This document shows, in pieces, positions 38,721 through 52,799 of a stretch of 64,000 nucleotides of DNA (its first letter is position 1; each line of letters starts with the position of its first letter). This DNA comes from Octopus sinensis (Eukaryota). The DNA lies in contig NC_042999.1 of the NCBI RefSeq assembly GCF_006345805.1, positions 9,486,001-9,550,000 of the forward strand, written 5' to 3'. The notes beneath the pieces are model-generated. The model did no database searches, was not told where the DNA came from, and saw only the letters and a program-made list of their open reading frames with translations. The position numbers were made by a program, and so were the translations under genes.

Positions 38721-38850
38721 TCATTATTACTATACCATAACACCTTATTTATCCTATCAGTCTTTCTTGCCAGGCTACTAAGTTACAGGGAGGAAAAACA
38801 AACCAACCCCGGTTGCCGAGCAGTAGGAGAAACAATCTCGGATGCAATCC

Positions 38851-38885
<35 letters not shown>

Positions 38886-39684
38886 CACACACAAACACTC
38901 ATACACACATATTTATATATTGATGTAGACAGCAGTTTGCAACGTTTTACCAAAATGGAGAATTATAATTATTACTAAATGTGACCAGGGTGTTAGGAAA
39001 CACGTACATTGCTAGAAATAAGAGCTAAAATGCTCTTAGGAACTGTGTGTGTATGTGTGTGTGTGTGTATGTGTGTGTGCGTGTGTGCGTGTGTGTGTGT
39101 GTGTGTACACGACGTACTTGTACATAGTTTCCATATTCACTCAGAAGACATTGGTCGTTTTGGTTCAGGGTGAGACACTTACCCACGTACCGTGCAGTGG
39201 GGCTGAACCCAAAACCAACATGGTTGCAAAGCGAGACTCTTCAGCGCACAGCCACGCCAGCGCCCTCTAAATAAGTGTCTATTTGGGGGAAAATCATTTT
39301 CGTTTAACAAGCTAAGTTTCTGTATGATAGTGTAGAATAGTTTGGAATTTACTCATGCTTAGAGGTGGCGCCAGCTATCGTTGCTGTTTTAGGAAATCTA
39401 TTCTATTAATAGCTGTTTCTTTTTAATCAATTCTGTTTAGACCGAAATAAGTGAAGAGAGCGAAACACTGTCTTCGTTGCTTTTGTATGCATCTCATCTC
39501 ATCTTGTATTATTTCATTCGGGAAAAACTTTTGTTTTCTTCGAATATAACATTTATAGTTTAGGCAGTGAAAGATTAGCACAGGGAACTTCTATTATTTT
39601 TTTGTGTGTGTGTATGTGTATTTATCATATATGATAGCCTATGCATCTGTATTTGTGTATATATTTATACATGTATATATATAT

Positions 39685-39716
<32 letters not shown>

Positions 39717-39717
39717 T

Positions 39718-39748
<31 letters not shown>

Positions 39749-40273
39749 GTATACAAAAAACACATGAATACACACGCACCCACAGATGCACACATACACA
39801 CATGCGCACACACACAACACCCTAACAAATATTAATCACACACACACACACACACACAAACGTGCACACATATACACACACCATCCTACCAAATATAAAA
39901 CACACACACAGACACATTTCCACACACCACAATAAACTCTGGGACCAAACAAAAACGGCTCACACACACAAACACAAACACATGTATATACACACATAGA
40001 GACGTACACAGAGACACACACACTCACACCATTCTGACCTCTAAGACCAGTCCCCAAAACCACTGAACCATGATAGACTAGCCCAGAAACAAAAAAACCT
40101 TTCAATTCCACATTGGTCTTCCCCCACTCCAACCAACCTCCCACAATGTCCCTTAAAATAGCAAACAACGCTTAGATTCACACAAAATAAAAAATGCTAA
40201 AACAGGTTGGTTCATCTCAAATTCTTTGTACACTCCTAAATATATCTCCTTCTGTGTGTATATACATATATAT

Positions 40274-40342
<69 letters not shown>

Positions 40343-40701
40343 TACCAAACAAACATGTTTATTGAGTCCTAATATGCTGTGTTTTTATATAGATAGTTCC
40401 AAACAAACATGATTTATTGAACTCGTAATGCTTTGTTTAATATTTTCTCATATATTTCCTTGTAAACTGTTTTTAACATTTTCTTATTATTATCAAAGAA
40501 TGTATATATGTATTTTAATACTTTTGTGACAACCAGTACTTAACACAACAAAGCTTATACAAAGCTTTCACATTTTACTTTTGACAATCTTTTTCTAAAA
40601 AAGTGAAACCGGTCAAGGGAATAAACATCTTTAAAATTGTATTTTCAAACCTTCTTTCATATATATTTCCACACGTGCGGTACCTTACAACTTCACTTTC
40701 T

Positions 40702-40732
<31 letters not shown>

Positions 40733-40757
40733 GTGCGGTACCTTACAACTTCACTTT

Positions 40758-40801
<44 letters not shown>

Positions 40802-41173
40802 GAGAGAGAAATGACACGAACCTCACTGTTCACGTCGTCGTAAATTAAATCGCCTAAATGTAACATTTCTTTGCCGAGAGTGCTCTGCAATTAGCTCAAA
40901 CTTGGTTGGGGCTATGCCCATTTGCTATAGAAAATAAATAGACGGAGAGAATAAATCTTGAATATATCCACATAAGCAAAATATATATATATTTAACTTA
41001 TGTAAACCTTTGGTGATGGGGTCCAACAAATGTTTCTGCTTCTAACACCTACTTTAGCTTTTGTTAAAAGAAACAGGGTCTAGTGAAGCCTTTCTAAAAA
41101 GAACTGTGGCCAAGAATTTCAATACAAAGTGGCCGGAATGTTCAACAAAAACGAAAGATATTTGTTCTACACT

Positions 41174-41273
41174 NNNNNNNNNNNNNNNNNNNNNNNNNNN
41201 NNNNNNNNNNNNNNNNNNNNNNNNNNNNNNNNNNNNNNNNNNNNNNNNNNNNNNNNNNNNNNNNNNNNNNNNN
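41174..41273. other. Assembly gap (100 N)
   Basis: Run of exactly 100 N. Confidence 1.
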
Positions 41274-41274
41274 G

Positions 41275-41430
41275 GTGCTCGAACCAACGAGATGTCACAA
41301 AAACGTCTTAGACTTAATTTTCAGCAATCACACTGATACTATCCACAATATTGCAGTGGAGAAAACTCTACTCTCCGACCATGACATGGTTCTCTGTGAT
41401 CTGAGATTTCACCGGCCAAAATGCAAAACA
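41275..41430 (+). mobile_element. LINE apurinic-type endonuclease C-terminal fragment
   Basis: PTRCHKNVLDLIFSN...LLSDHDMVLCDL matches the PTR...LDL...SDH motif. Confidence 0.75.
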
Positions 41431-41524
41431 AATGTAATCCTTCCTGTTCAGCAATGGGGTCGATTCTTCAAGGCGGCGCTCTCTAGCATGACCGCAGTGC
41501 AAAGACTGAAACAAGTAAAAGTTA

Positions 41525-41860
41525 TATATTTGTATGGTGACCTGGAAGATGGTAGGTGGCCAGCGCATAAACCCAAAACGAGGCTCAAGGACTGCGTCAG
41601 AATTGCTCTGACACAGACAGGATTTTCAGTTGTTGATTGGGAGAGAGAAGTACAAGACCGAAATGGATGGAGGAAGAGAGTGGAGAGTGGTTGTTCGGAG
41701 TTTCAATGAGTGAGAATGAAGCACGATAAGATCACGAGAAGGCTTAGAAAGAACGATCCTGTGTAAAATGAGGGAGTGTTGCTTTTTTTGCGTGATTTGT
41801 AGGAGGAAACACTCGAGTCATGTAGGCTTGGTTAGTCATTAAAGAACTCACAGGAATCAA
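41525..41860 (+). mobile_element. RTE-clade LINE 3' coding fragment with degenerate C2H2 finger
   Basis: LYGDLEDGRWPAHKPKTRLKDCVR...WEREVQDRNGWRKRVESG, then CVICRRKHSSHVGLVSH*RTH at 41789-41851. Confidence 0.8.
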
Positions 41861-42173
41861 CCACTTGCAAATTGTGATAGGCCATTGTTCAGAACAGAGC
41901 ACCTGCAACTTGTGGAAGGATGTGCCTTTCAGTTGGAGGAATGAAAAGGCATGTCAAAAGAATTTATACTGTAGCAACTGTTTTCACGCCAGCCAGCATA
42001 TGAGTAGTGTGCATTGTGTAAAAGTATGAGCAAATCTTTGGCCCGATTCGAGAGTCATACAATGGCCTAATATTGCATCGTCAATGACGTATTTCAATGA
42101 TTTTTTTTTCTAGCAATGGCTTTGCTCGTGTACAAGAAAGTAGCTACCATATGTGTGTGCGTGTGTACGTGCA

Positions 42174-42205
<32 letters not shown>

Positions 42206-42285
42206 CATGCGTGTGTGTGTGTGTGTGTGTGTTAAATAAAATGAGACAACAAGCCCGGAACAATGCGGTCTCATTTTATTTAAAA

Positions 42286-42339
42286 CTAGCAGAGATACCC
42301 GGCGTTGCCCGTTTACATTCAATAGAAGAATTAGACTTT

Positions 42340-42405
<66 letters not shown>

Positions 42406-42811
42406 TATATATGGATACGCACACACACACACACACAAACACACACACAAATATATGTATATTAATATAAATACATGAAAGTACATGAAGTTTGTTAAAA
42501 AAAAAGGGGATCATGTATATACCTCCTGGCTGTTGAGATTATAACACCTCGTTGTACAAAAATGTTCCTTGTTTTTTCCTTGTGGAGCATATACAAAAAG
42601 GTTTCTTTTGGTTCCTACTGTTGAGCAGCCAACATACAGTTGCCTATGCGAGAAGCAGGGCTCTTCCAAGAGAAGACCAGCTACAGAGAGGGTTTGACCC
42701 TGAGATTTGTTAATGGACATGGCAAAGCTGACACGAAGGAGGAATTGCAGTCTTCTGAATGTAAATGGAATTTCTGCTCCTGATGGAGTAAGAGGAAATC
42801 TTGGAATAAGA
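42286..42811 (-). mobile_element. Helitron 3' relic: Pif1-type helicase C-terminus plus its CTAG terminus
   Basis: [41 protein letters not shown]...FSHRQLYVGCS; minus-strand end CGGGCAACGCCGGGTATCTCTGCTAG|T at 42286. Confidence 0.88.
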
Positions 42812-42957
42812 GATACACATATACATATATATACATATATACATATACACATATACATATATACATATACACATATACATATACACATATACATATACAC
42901 ATATACATATACGCATACATATATACATATACATATATGCATATACACATATATACA

Positions 42958-42988
<31 letters not shown>

Positions 42989-43001
42989 CATATTATAATA
43001 T

Positions 43002-43043
<42 letters not shown>

Positions 43044-43218
43044 AAACGGTAAGATAACAAAAGAAAGAAAAAGACCTCGGTATTATGTAAATAGAGGAAT
43101 TTATCTGTAAATGTAATATGTGACAATTATTCGGTAGCCATGATAAAACTATTGTGTTTCTGAGTATATAGACGTGTGTATGAACCTTGATGGCACGTGT
43201 GTGTGTGAGTTTGTATAT

Positions 43219-43270
<52 letters not shown>

Positions 43271-43795
43271 GAATGGTGCGGTTGAGGATGTGTACGTTTC
43301 AAGTGAGGGTGGATGAGTATATTCATTTGGGCGCATGCATGTGGGTGTGCGGGCGCGCATGTGTAATTAGGAACATGCGCGCTTATGCAAATACTATGAA
43401 CATTTTTACCCCCTTACTTTTCCTCCATCCCCTCACCTAGTGGTCATTCAAATAGCTCTTTTGTCTTAATAACGGTCAATCACACAGTAATTTCCCTTTG
43501 TATAACGGTCATTTTTCATAGTATTTTACGGATGGCGGCGTGGATTTCCACCTCGGCATCCGAAACTCGGAGTTTTATCATGGCTACCGAATAATTGTCA
43601 CATATTACATTTACAGTTATATATATAAAATTTATCCATTTTTGGTGGATTTGAGTTTTCTACTACTCTTTCTAGCACAAGGCTTTCCTATTTGGAAGCC
43701 TCTTATTGTATTTCTATGTGAATAATATATAGTCTAATGACTAATTTGTTATTGTGCTAGGCCACTGGTAATAATAATTTCTTATTACTCTATTG

Positions 43796-43842
<47 letters not shown>

Positions 43843-44106
43843 AAGACAAGGAATAAGTTTAACACATCTTTAATGACCAGTTACAATATATGTGTGTGAA
43901 CAGTTTTACAAATTCCTGTATATTCACGCGACTCGCTATGGAATTTTCATTTTGCATATTTTGCATATAAACATCGCTATATCAGATATCATTCAGGTTC
44001 TCATGCATTTATTCAGAATAATTTACTAAAATAGAAATATTTCGTATGTATTTGGTATCGAGATATGCGTATGTAGGCTTAAATACACACACAGACACAC
44101 AGAAAC

Positions 44107-44118
44107 AGATAGATAGAT

Positions 44119-44216
<98 letters not shown>

Positions 44217-44265
44217 GATAGATAGATAGATAGTTAGATGATAGATAGATGATAGATAGATAGAT

Positions 44266-44315
<50 letters not shown>

Positions 44316-44337
44316 GATAGATAGATGATAGATAGAT

Positions 44338-44435
<98 letters not shown>

Positions 44436-44440
44436 CAGAT
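44107..44440. repeat. (GATA)n tetranucleotide array (a shorter one lies at 39686-39748)
   Basis: Long GATA array with GAT interruptions. Confidence 0.95.
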
Positions 44441-45149
44441 AGTTTTGTGTTACGTAAATGTGCGTTTATGTACCAGAAATTCTCTGTTGCCATGCAGCAT
44501 TTCTGCAGTTTATCAATAAATCGCTCAATAAATATTTATCCGACATACTCGGACAGTAAATGGAATGAATTAGTTTTCCTTCCATCATAAAAAAAAAAGA
44601 AAGAAATTTGTCAATCCATAATGAATTCTAACAACGGTTTCCCTGAAAGTTTCTTACTTGTTCACGATTTCCCGATAACCAAATTGTTTCAGGATATTTT
44701 TTTTCTTGGCAAAAATATTATGTGATTTAAATATATATACGAAAGATGATACGAAAGTCTCACAGAAAGTAAAAACTCTGGTGATGTTGCACATCTGCAG
44801 CAGTAGTTGGATTCAATTTACAGAAGGGCCGAGGACAATAATATGCAGTCCTATCCTGGAGAATTCCAAGCCCAGCGCTACCATATACTTTCAAAGTTTT
44901 TATTCCCATGCTGGCCACTTGATAAGATCGATATTTAAATATCGATCTTATCCTTATTTATATAAATTTTTATATTTCTTTCGTCATTGTATTTACTGCG
45001 GTGATGTTTTAACAATATCGCACGAAGAGTTATAGGCGGGCAGTTTAAACTGGCCATGATGCATATATATATGTATACGTTCGTATATGTAAGTATTCGT
45101 ATGTTATATGTATGTATATGTGTTTTTTATGCTACTATCAGCGTGTATT

Positions 45150-45201
45150 CCACTGACGAGGCAAAGCATTTCTTATGCAGAGCCAGAAATCTAGGATCTG
45201 G
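45150..45201 (+). ncRNA. Hammerhead-like motif between direct repeats
   Basis: CCA-CTGACGA-GGC aaa GCA tttctta TGC aga GCC-a-GAAA-TCTAGGA-TC^TGG; extra A before GAAA. Confidence 0.55.
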
Positions 45202-45447
45202 AATTATCCAGTATTGTTTGGTTTTTTTGTCAGTTTATTTTGTCTTTTTGTCTTCTCTCCTGGTGCTGTATGAACATTTAATGTAGTTTTATAGTCAGAT
45301 TTTGGCTGCTATTTCCAGCGTGGTGGTATCTCTTAGGTACCCTAAATTATAATTTTAATAATAAATATTACCTTTGAAGTGTTTTATTCACATGCTAGCC
45401 ACTTGATAAGATCGATATTTAAATTATCGAACTTATCCTTATTTATA

Positions 45448-45836
45448 TCTTTATATATAAAAGAAAGGTTGTGTGCTGTCTGTCTCCTACGATTTAGATT
45501 CCTAACTATTCCCACATTTTGCGGTGCAGTTTAACCAAAACCGGGTATCTTATAGTCGTGATTCATACCTTCTGGGTATTAGCGCGCGTCTACAATGAGT
45601 CTACGATTTAAAAAACAATTTACCATCAATTTTTCCCATTTTTAATGCATTTTTGGCATATATAAGGGAAGTAACTCTCTAAAAATTTATTATTAAATCT
45701 CAGAACGTAAAAAGCTACAGTAACCCTCCCCTTTGTGGTTAACCATATTGAGATGGCTATTATACTTTACATCTCTAAAAATGCTTATATAGTTATTTCC
45801 CTTACAAACCCGACCAACGCCGGGCGATACTGCTAG
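45448..45836 (+). mobile_element. Non-autonomous Helitron, sister subfamily (389 bp)
   Basis: A|TCTTTATATATAAAAG...CCAACGCCGGGCGATACTGCTAG|T; 3' end shared with the 26135 and 32807 copies, interior different. Confidence 0.8.
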
Positions 45837-45951
45837 TATATAAATATACATATATATACACACACACAAACTTATATTCGTCAGGTTAATCTTACTCATA
45901 TGAAGTACATATTTGCTATTGCATTCATATATATATATATATATATGTATG

Positions 45952-46002
<51 letters not shown>

Positions 46003-46461
46003 GTGTGTATGTGTGTGTGTGTGTGTGCGTATAAATGTGCTTATTCCATAACCTGATGTTTGCTTCATACGGATGGAAACGTAATACTTCAAGGTCACAA
46101 GGTTTTAGAATATTCCATTTCCAACCAAACTACAAGATTTCTCTTCTTTGCTCTTTACCATTTTCTTGCTATTCCTTTTGGCTGACACTCGGAGTTGGCT
46201 GCAAAATTGCCAGATTTTTCAAATATTTATTTTCATTGAATTAGTTGTAGTTTTATATTGTTGTAGGTTTTTAAGTGGTGGGGTTCAATATGGTTTGGTA
46301 GTTATCAGCATTGATGGTCATGGCGGTTCTGTAGGTAGGAATAAATAATCGTTTTTTAACGATGCCTTGTTTAACAGCAACGATGCCAATTGGCAAGGGT
46401 AGATGAAGATACCATTATTCTTTCACCTCACAAATATACTATCACCACCACCAACACCACC

Positions 46462-46590
46462 ATGATAATAAAAATAATAACAATAATAATAATAACAACA
46501 ACAACAATAACAATAATAATAACAATAACAATAATAATAATAACCATAATAATAACAACAACAATAACAAAAAAAATAATAATAACAATG

Positions 46591-46624
<34 letters not shown>

Positions 46625-46796
46625 CAACAATGATAATAATAATAATAATATAATAATAATAATAATAATAATAACAACAATAACAATAATAATAATAACC
46701 ATAATAATAATAACAATAATAATAATAATAATAATAATAACAATAATTATAACAATAATAATAACAACAATAACAAAAATAATAATAATAACAATG

Positions 46797-46827
<31 letters not shown>

Positions 46828-46898
46828 CAATGATGATAATAATAATAATAATAATAACAATAATAATAATAATAACAACAATAATAATAATAATAATA
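46462..46898. repeat. (AAT/AAC)n trinucleotide array
   Basis: About 440 bp of AAT and AAC units. Confidence 0.95.
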
Positions 46899-47419
46899 AA
46901 AAAATCTTCGACGAAAACATCAGATAATATGTGTGAGTGAATATACATATATATACATATACATATGCATGTGGTGAAGAAGAAAAGAGAACGGGGAAAA
47001 AAAATAAATAAATAAATAAATAAACGTAAACAGGTTTGACCTTTTACTGACCATTAACGTCCTTTGTCTCCACCATCTACCGTGGCTATTTATAGACCCA
47101 AAGAACATGAATTCTTTAACCACCCATTCTCCAACACAATGGAGTGTTGATGGTGGCTGTGGCTACACATTGAAGATGATGATGGTGATGGTGATGTTGC
47201 TGATGATGGTGATGGTGGTGAAGATGATAGTAATAACAATAATAACTGACAGATCCCGTCTTTTTCCCTTTCATTTCGTTTCCTTCTCCGTATTTTATTC
47301 TCATTATTTCGAACTAATACAGACACAGTAAGCCTGAAGAAAGGAAGAGGAGGAAAGGAGGAAAAAAAAAAAAGTCCGGAGATAAAACTATCAACAACAA
47401 AAAAATACAGACGAATATA

Positions 47420-50238
47420 GATCTGCTAGTCTTAAGAGCGGCGCTATGAGCAATGCTTACATGTAGTGAACCCTAAACTGACAGATCCATCTCCTAATAT
47501 AAGAATGGATGCTCGTCATGCTTCAAGGTCAACAAATCAAACAATAAACCGCATTGGTCGTTGCGCGGATTACAAAAGACCACGTACCCGAAAATTGAAC
47601 CAAATCCTGATTGAAAAATCAGTTACTGGATCAAATCTTCCCAACACACAGGAGCTGGACGAACCCCACAACCGGAATATTCCAACAGATGGCCATCCAT
47701 GCTCATCACCAAATAATCAAAAGAAAAAGAAGGAAAAATGGTCTAGGGAAGATAATAAAGAAGTTCTCGAGGCCTTCTACCATGCCATATATTTCCCCAC
47801 AGATAAGTCTAGCACTGTACAAGCATACTTAAACTGGAGACAGAAACCACCTGAAGTAAGACCCTACATAGACAGTAACAAGCTTGCCAATGTTAGAAGA
47901 AACATTTAAAAAAGAAATTACTGACTGAAGTAGAGATTGATCAGGTTAGACAAGCAATATCGGATAAAATGAACGAAGCTGCAGCTAGAGAAGATAATAC
48001 AGAGGAAATGATTATAGACCAGCCCAGGGCGGATATAAAAACGAAGAGAGGATTGAAAGAGTTAGTATAAGTGATAGGCAGAGTGAAATACGCCCTGAAC
48101 CAATCATAAACACTAAGACAGATGAGCATCAAATAGATAAAGAAAGTCACACAAATATTGACCCAACAGAACTACATGAGCTAAAAAATCAAATCATGAT
48201 TGAATGGCTGAAAATTAAAGAAACCAGCATGGATGAGCGTGATACACTTCCTAAAATCCGCAACTCTAACCAAAACATGAAAATAATTGGTAAAATCCGG
48301 CTTGCACTTAAGGATATAATTTCAGTTAATGATGTTGATATCACAAACCTCAACCACCTATACTATGCATCCGCGAAAATCTCAACGATCCTATGTGGTG
48401 TAAAGATTATAAAACGGCAACAGTCCCACAAAAAGCCTTCTTGGCAAGAGCGTCTGCAACAACAAATTAAAGTATTTAGATCTGACATTGAATATTTGAA
48501 AAACCTTAAGGCTCACAAGACTACCAAACCTACAAAAACCCAAAAATTACTGAAAAAATACAATATGAAAACTATACTTGATATTGATGCCACCATAGAA
48601 ACCATCAAACAAAAGGTATCTGCCAAAGCTACCCGCATAGCGAGGTATGAAAAGCGTGTTAGATTTTTCAAGGACAACAACATGTTCAAAAATAACATCA
48701 AGAATTTTTACAGGAAGATAGGAAAAACAGCGTTTACTGCAGGGTCTGTACCATCAAAAGAAGAAGTGCAGAGATTTTGGAATAAAATCTGGGCAGAAGA
48801 AAAAACACACAACGAAAAGGCCCCCTGGATTGACAGAATATCTACAGAACTGGACCCCTTAGAAGAGCAAAAGTGGGAGGGTGTCAAGGTAGAAGATAAG
48901 ATCTGCTCTCAGGAGGTCAAGCAAATGGAAGTCTCCAGGAAAGGATAAAATTCCTAACTTCTGGCTGAATGCCTTCCCAGAGAGCCATGAACTGCTAACA
49001 GAACTGTACAATGATGTTCTGCAACACCCTAGTAGGATGCCTCCTTGGCTAGTTAATGGGTTAACATTCCTGCTTCCAAAAAGTGAAGAAACAAATGAAC
49101 CAAAAAACTATAGACCCATAATTCCGAATACAACCAATTTCGGAATTAGAGATAGACATACAAGAAACAAGCACAGAAAAAGCTAGGCGCATGAAAACCC
49201 GTGCCAAAACTGCGGCCTTAGATATTCTGAATAATAAATGGCAAGAAAAACCTCTCTACGGCAAATACCCAAAGAGAGCGAATAATGCAGATATCGACAA
49301 AGCCCTGACCCATCAATGGCTAATGGCCTCTGGCTTAAAATCTGAAACAGAGGGGTTTATCATAGCAGCTCAAGATCAATGCCTACCAACAAGAAACTAC
49401 CAGGCCAACATATTAAAGATCAGAAGCAGTCCAACGTGTCGTGTATGCAAGCAACAAAATGAAACCATTGACCATGTGGTCTCCAAGTGCAGTCTTCTAG
49501 CGCCTACAGAGTATCTCAACAGGCACGATAGAGCTGCACAATATATTCACTGGGTAATCTGTAAAAACCTGGATTTGCCCCATGAAAAAAACTGGTGGGA
49601 ACACAAACCACCCCCAGTGCTTGAAAATGACCACATCTCACTCCTCTGGAACTTCACCATTCAAACTGACAGGAAGATAGATGCAAATAGGCCAGACATC
49701 ATATTGAAAGACTTCAAACAAAGAACATGCCTCCTCATTGATATGACTGTCCCAATCGATATAAACGTATCTGTCAGGACCTACCAAAAACTGAGCAAAT
49801 ATAAAGATCTTGAAATAGAAATCAGCAAAATGTGGAAGCTGAAGACTAAAACAATACCTGTTGTCATAGGTGCCCTGGGAATGATAGCAAAAGGGGCTGA
49901 TAGCTACCTAACTCAGATACCAGGAAACCCAAAAATGGCAGAAGTTCAAAAGATAGTGCTCATGGGAACTGCTCATATCCTACGCAAAATACTCTCTATG
50001 TAACCTCAAGGTTTAAAACAACCATAATTTTCGGTTTAAAGAGGAAGGGAAAAAAAAAAAAAAAAAAAAAAACCTTTTTTTTTTTTTTTAAACATTCATT
50101 AGTACAACATCCCCACCCCCCAAATATATGGCACACTAGGCATAACAACAACATGAACTTCCAACCCTGTTGTCTCTTGAGGTCTCTGGGTGAGACTTGG
50201 AGCCAACTTGTACAAATATAAAGCAAAAGTCAAACATA

Positions 50239-50240
<2 letters not shown>
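47420..50240 (+). mobile_element. R4/Dong-clade non-LTR retrotransposon (RLE type), frameshifted and lacking most of RT
   Basis: ORF pieces 47466-47909, 48196-48948, 49191-50003; CRVCKQQNETIDHVVSKC CCHC knuckle; RPDIIL...LIDMTVP...KLSKYKDL restriction-like endonuclease; ends MGTAHILRKILSM*; followed by (AAT)n. Confidence 0.9.
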
Positions 50241-50312
<72 letters not shown>

Positions 50313-51040
50313 GAACAATAAGCAACACATCCATCTCTGTTATGTAAATCACGCTATTCCATAACAAAACAGAGTTGCGTTAAACACACAGAAAATATTC
50401 GGATTTCGTGCAGATAACACGCTTCTTGGAGAGAATCTCGCCGATTGAAAAGAAATCTAAAGAAAGAAATCCTTCAACAAACATAGAAAATGAAACATTT
50501 CGATAAATCCAGCAAATAAGAAACAGATGAGATATTATTGGATAGCAAGAGAAGGTATTCTATAAGAGATACTCTGTTAGATGTGGTTCTATTTATTTCT
50601 ATAGCCGCAGGGGAAAGCAGGTGCCTGACGTGGTGTAAATAAACCAAGAACGGAATAGCAAAAGGTTATGGAGAATATCATCGCGAAATGGTTGCACGTT
50701 TTGAAAGTTCTTTCGTTTCTGCTGACAGGATGGTAACTGAGGAAGGAGGTGGTGGTTGTGTGTATGTGTGTGTGTATATATATACGTGTGTGCAAATTAT
50801 ATATATGTGTATATATATACAAATAAATATATATATATATATATATACATACATATATATATATATATTATATATATATATACACATACATATATGTATA
50901 TATATATATGTGTATATATATATAAATAAATATATATATAAATACATACATATATATACACATACATATATGTATATATATATATATATATGTGTGTACA
51001 TTCATACATATGCACATAGACGTATGCAAAAAAATGTTTC

Positions 51041-51249
51041 AGTCATTTGACTGCGGTCATGCTGGAGCACCGCCTTTAGTAGAGCAAATCGACCCCAGGA
51101 CTTATTCTTTGTAAGTCTAGTACTTATTCTATCGGTCACTTTTGCCGAACCGCTAGGTTAGGGGGACATAAACACACCAGCATTGGTTATCAAGCGATGT
51201 TAGGGGACAAATACAGACACACAAACATACACACACACACACACACACA

Positions 51250-51323
<74 letters not shown>

Positions 51324-51682
51324 CATATATGTATATATATATATGTGTATATATATATAAATAAATATATATATAAATACATACATATATATACACATAC
51401 ATATATGTATATATATATATATATATGTGTGTACATTCATACATATGCACATAGACGTATGCAAAAAAATGTTTCAGTCATTTGACTGCGGTCATGCTGG
51501 AGCACCGCCTTTAGTAGAGCAAATCGACCCCAGGACTTATTCTTTGTAAGTCTAGTACTTATTCTATCGGTCACTTTTGCCGAACCGCTAGGTTAGGGGG
51601 ACATAAACACACCAGCATTGGTTATCAAGCGATGTTAGGGGACAAATACAGACACACAAACATACACACACACACACACACA

Positions 51683-51714
<32 letters not shown>

Positions 51715-51848
51715 CAACGGGTTTTTTTCAGTTTCCGTCAACCAAATCCACTCACAAGGCTTTGGTTGGCCCGAGGCTATAGTAGAAGACTGAACCCGTA
51801 ACCATGTGGTTGGTAAGCAAGCTACTTACCACACAGCTACTACTGCGC
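51041..51848 (-). mobile_element. SINE family A whose 3' half lies in a 435-bp tandem duplication
   Basis: The block at 51001 recurs at 51436; the head is at about 51790-51848. Confidence 0.85.
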
Positions 51849-52344
51849 CTATATATACACATATATAATATATGTATGTATGAACGTATGAATGTATGTA
51901 CGAATAAATATACCATACACAGAAAGACGTTACGTATTCAACTACACACTACCAGTTGCATAAACATCAAATATTTTAAATTCTTCAGTACCAAATGCAA
52001 AAAGGCAATTTGTGAGGAAGAAAATTTAATCTTATCGATGAATGCTGAATGCGGGGGAAACTTTCGAAGTATGGTAAATATCAATTATGTGAAAATATAA
52101 TTTTTTGGAGACATCCTCAGTAAATAGCACGAGAACTCTCAGTTAGAATTCACAAATTTCACAGTTTTTGTTCAAGGTGGCAAAAAGGATACAGCAGAAA
52201 AATACACTTTTCCGAAACACAGAGATTGCATTTTGTTAGAGTAATGCCATAAGATGCGCGTTCCATTATAACCAGATCCATTTTGTTTATATGTTTTTAA
52301 TATCATCATATATATATATACTTTACTTTTTTTTTTACTTTTTT

Positions 52345-52538
52345 TACTTGTTTCAGTCATTTGACTGCGGCCATGCTGGAGCACCGCCTTTTGTCGAGCA
52401 ATCGACCCCGGGACTTATTCTTTGTAAGCCCAGTACTTATTCTATCGGTCTCTTTTGCCGAACCGCTAAGAGACGGGGACGTAAACACACCAACATCGGT
52501 TGTCAAGCAATGCTAGGGGGACAAACACAGACACACAA

Positions 52539-52569
<31 letters not shown>

Positions 52570-52731
52570 CAACGGGTTTTTTTCAGTTTCCGTCAACCAA
52601 ATCCACTCACAAGGCATTGGTCGGCCCGGGGCTATAGCAGAAGACACTTACCCAAGATGCCACGCAGTGGGACTGAACCCGGAACCATGTGGTTGGTTAG
52701 CAAGCTACTTACCACACAGCCACTCCTGCAC
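52345..52731 (-). mobile_element. SINE family A
   Basis: Reverse complement of 2889-3322. Confidence 0.9.
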
Positions 52732-52799
52732 CTATATATATATATAGAAAAGAGTGAAAAAATTACAGGTTTGTTTTATAAGGTTAAAGAATATATTTA

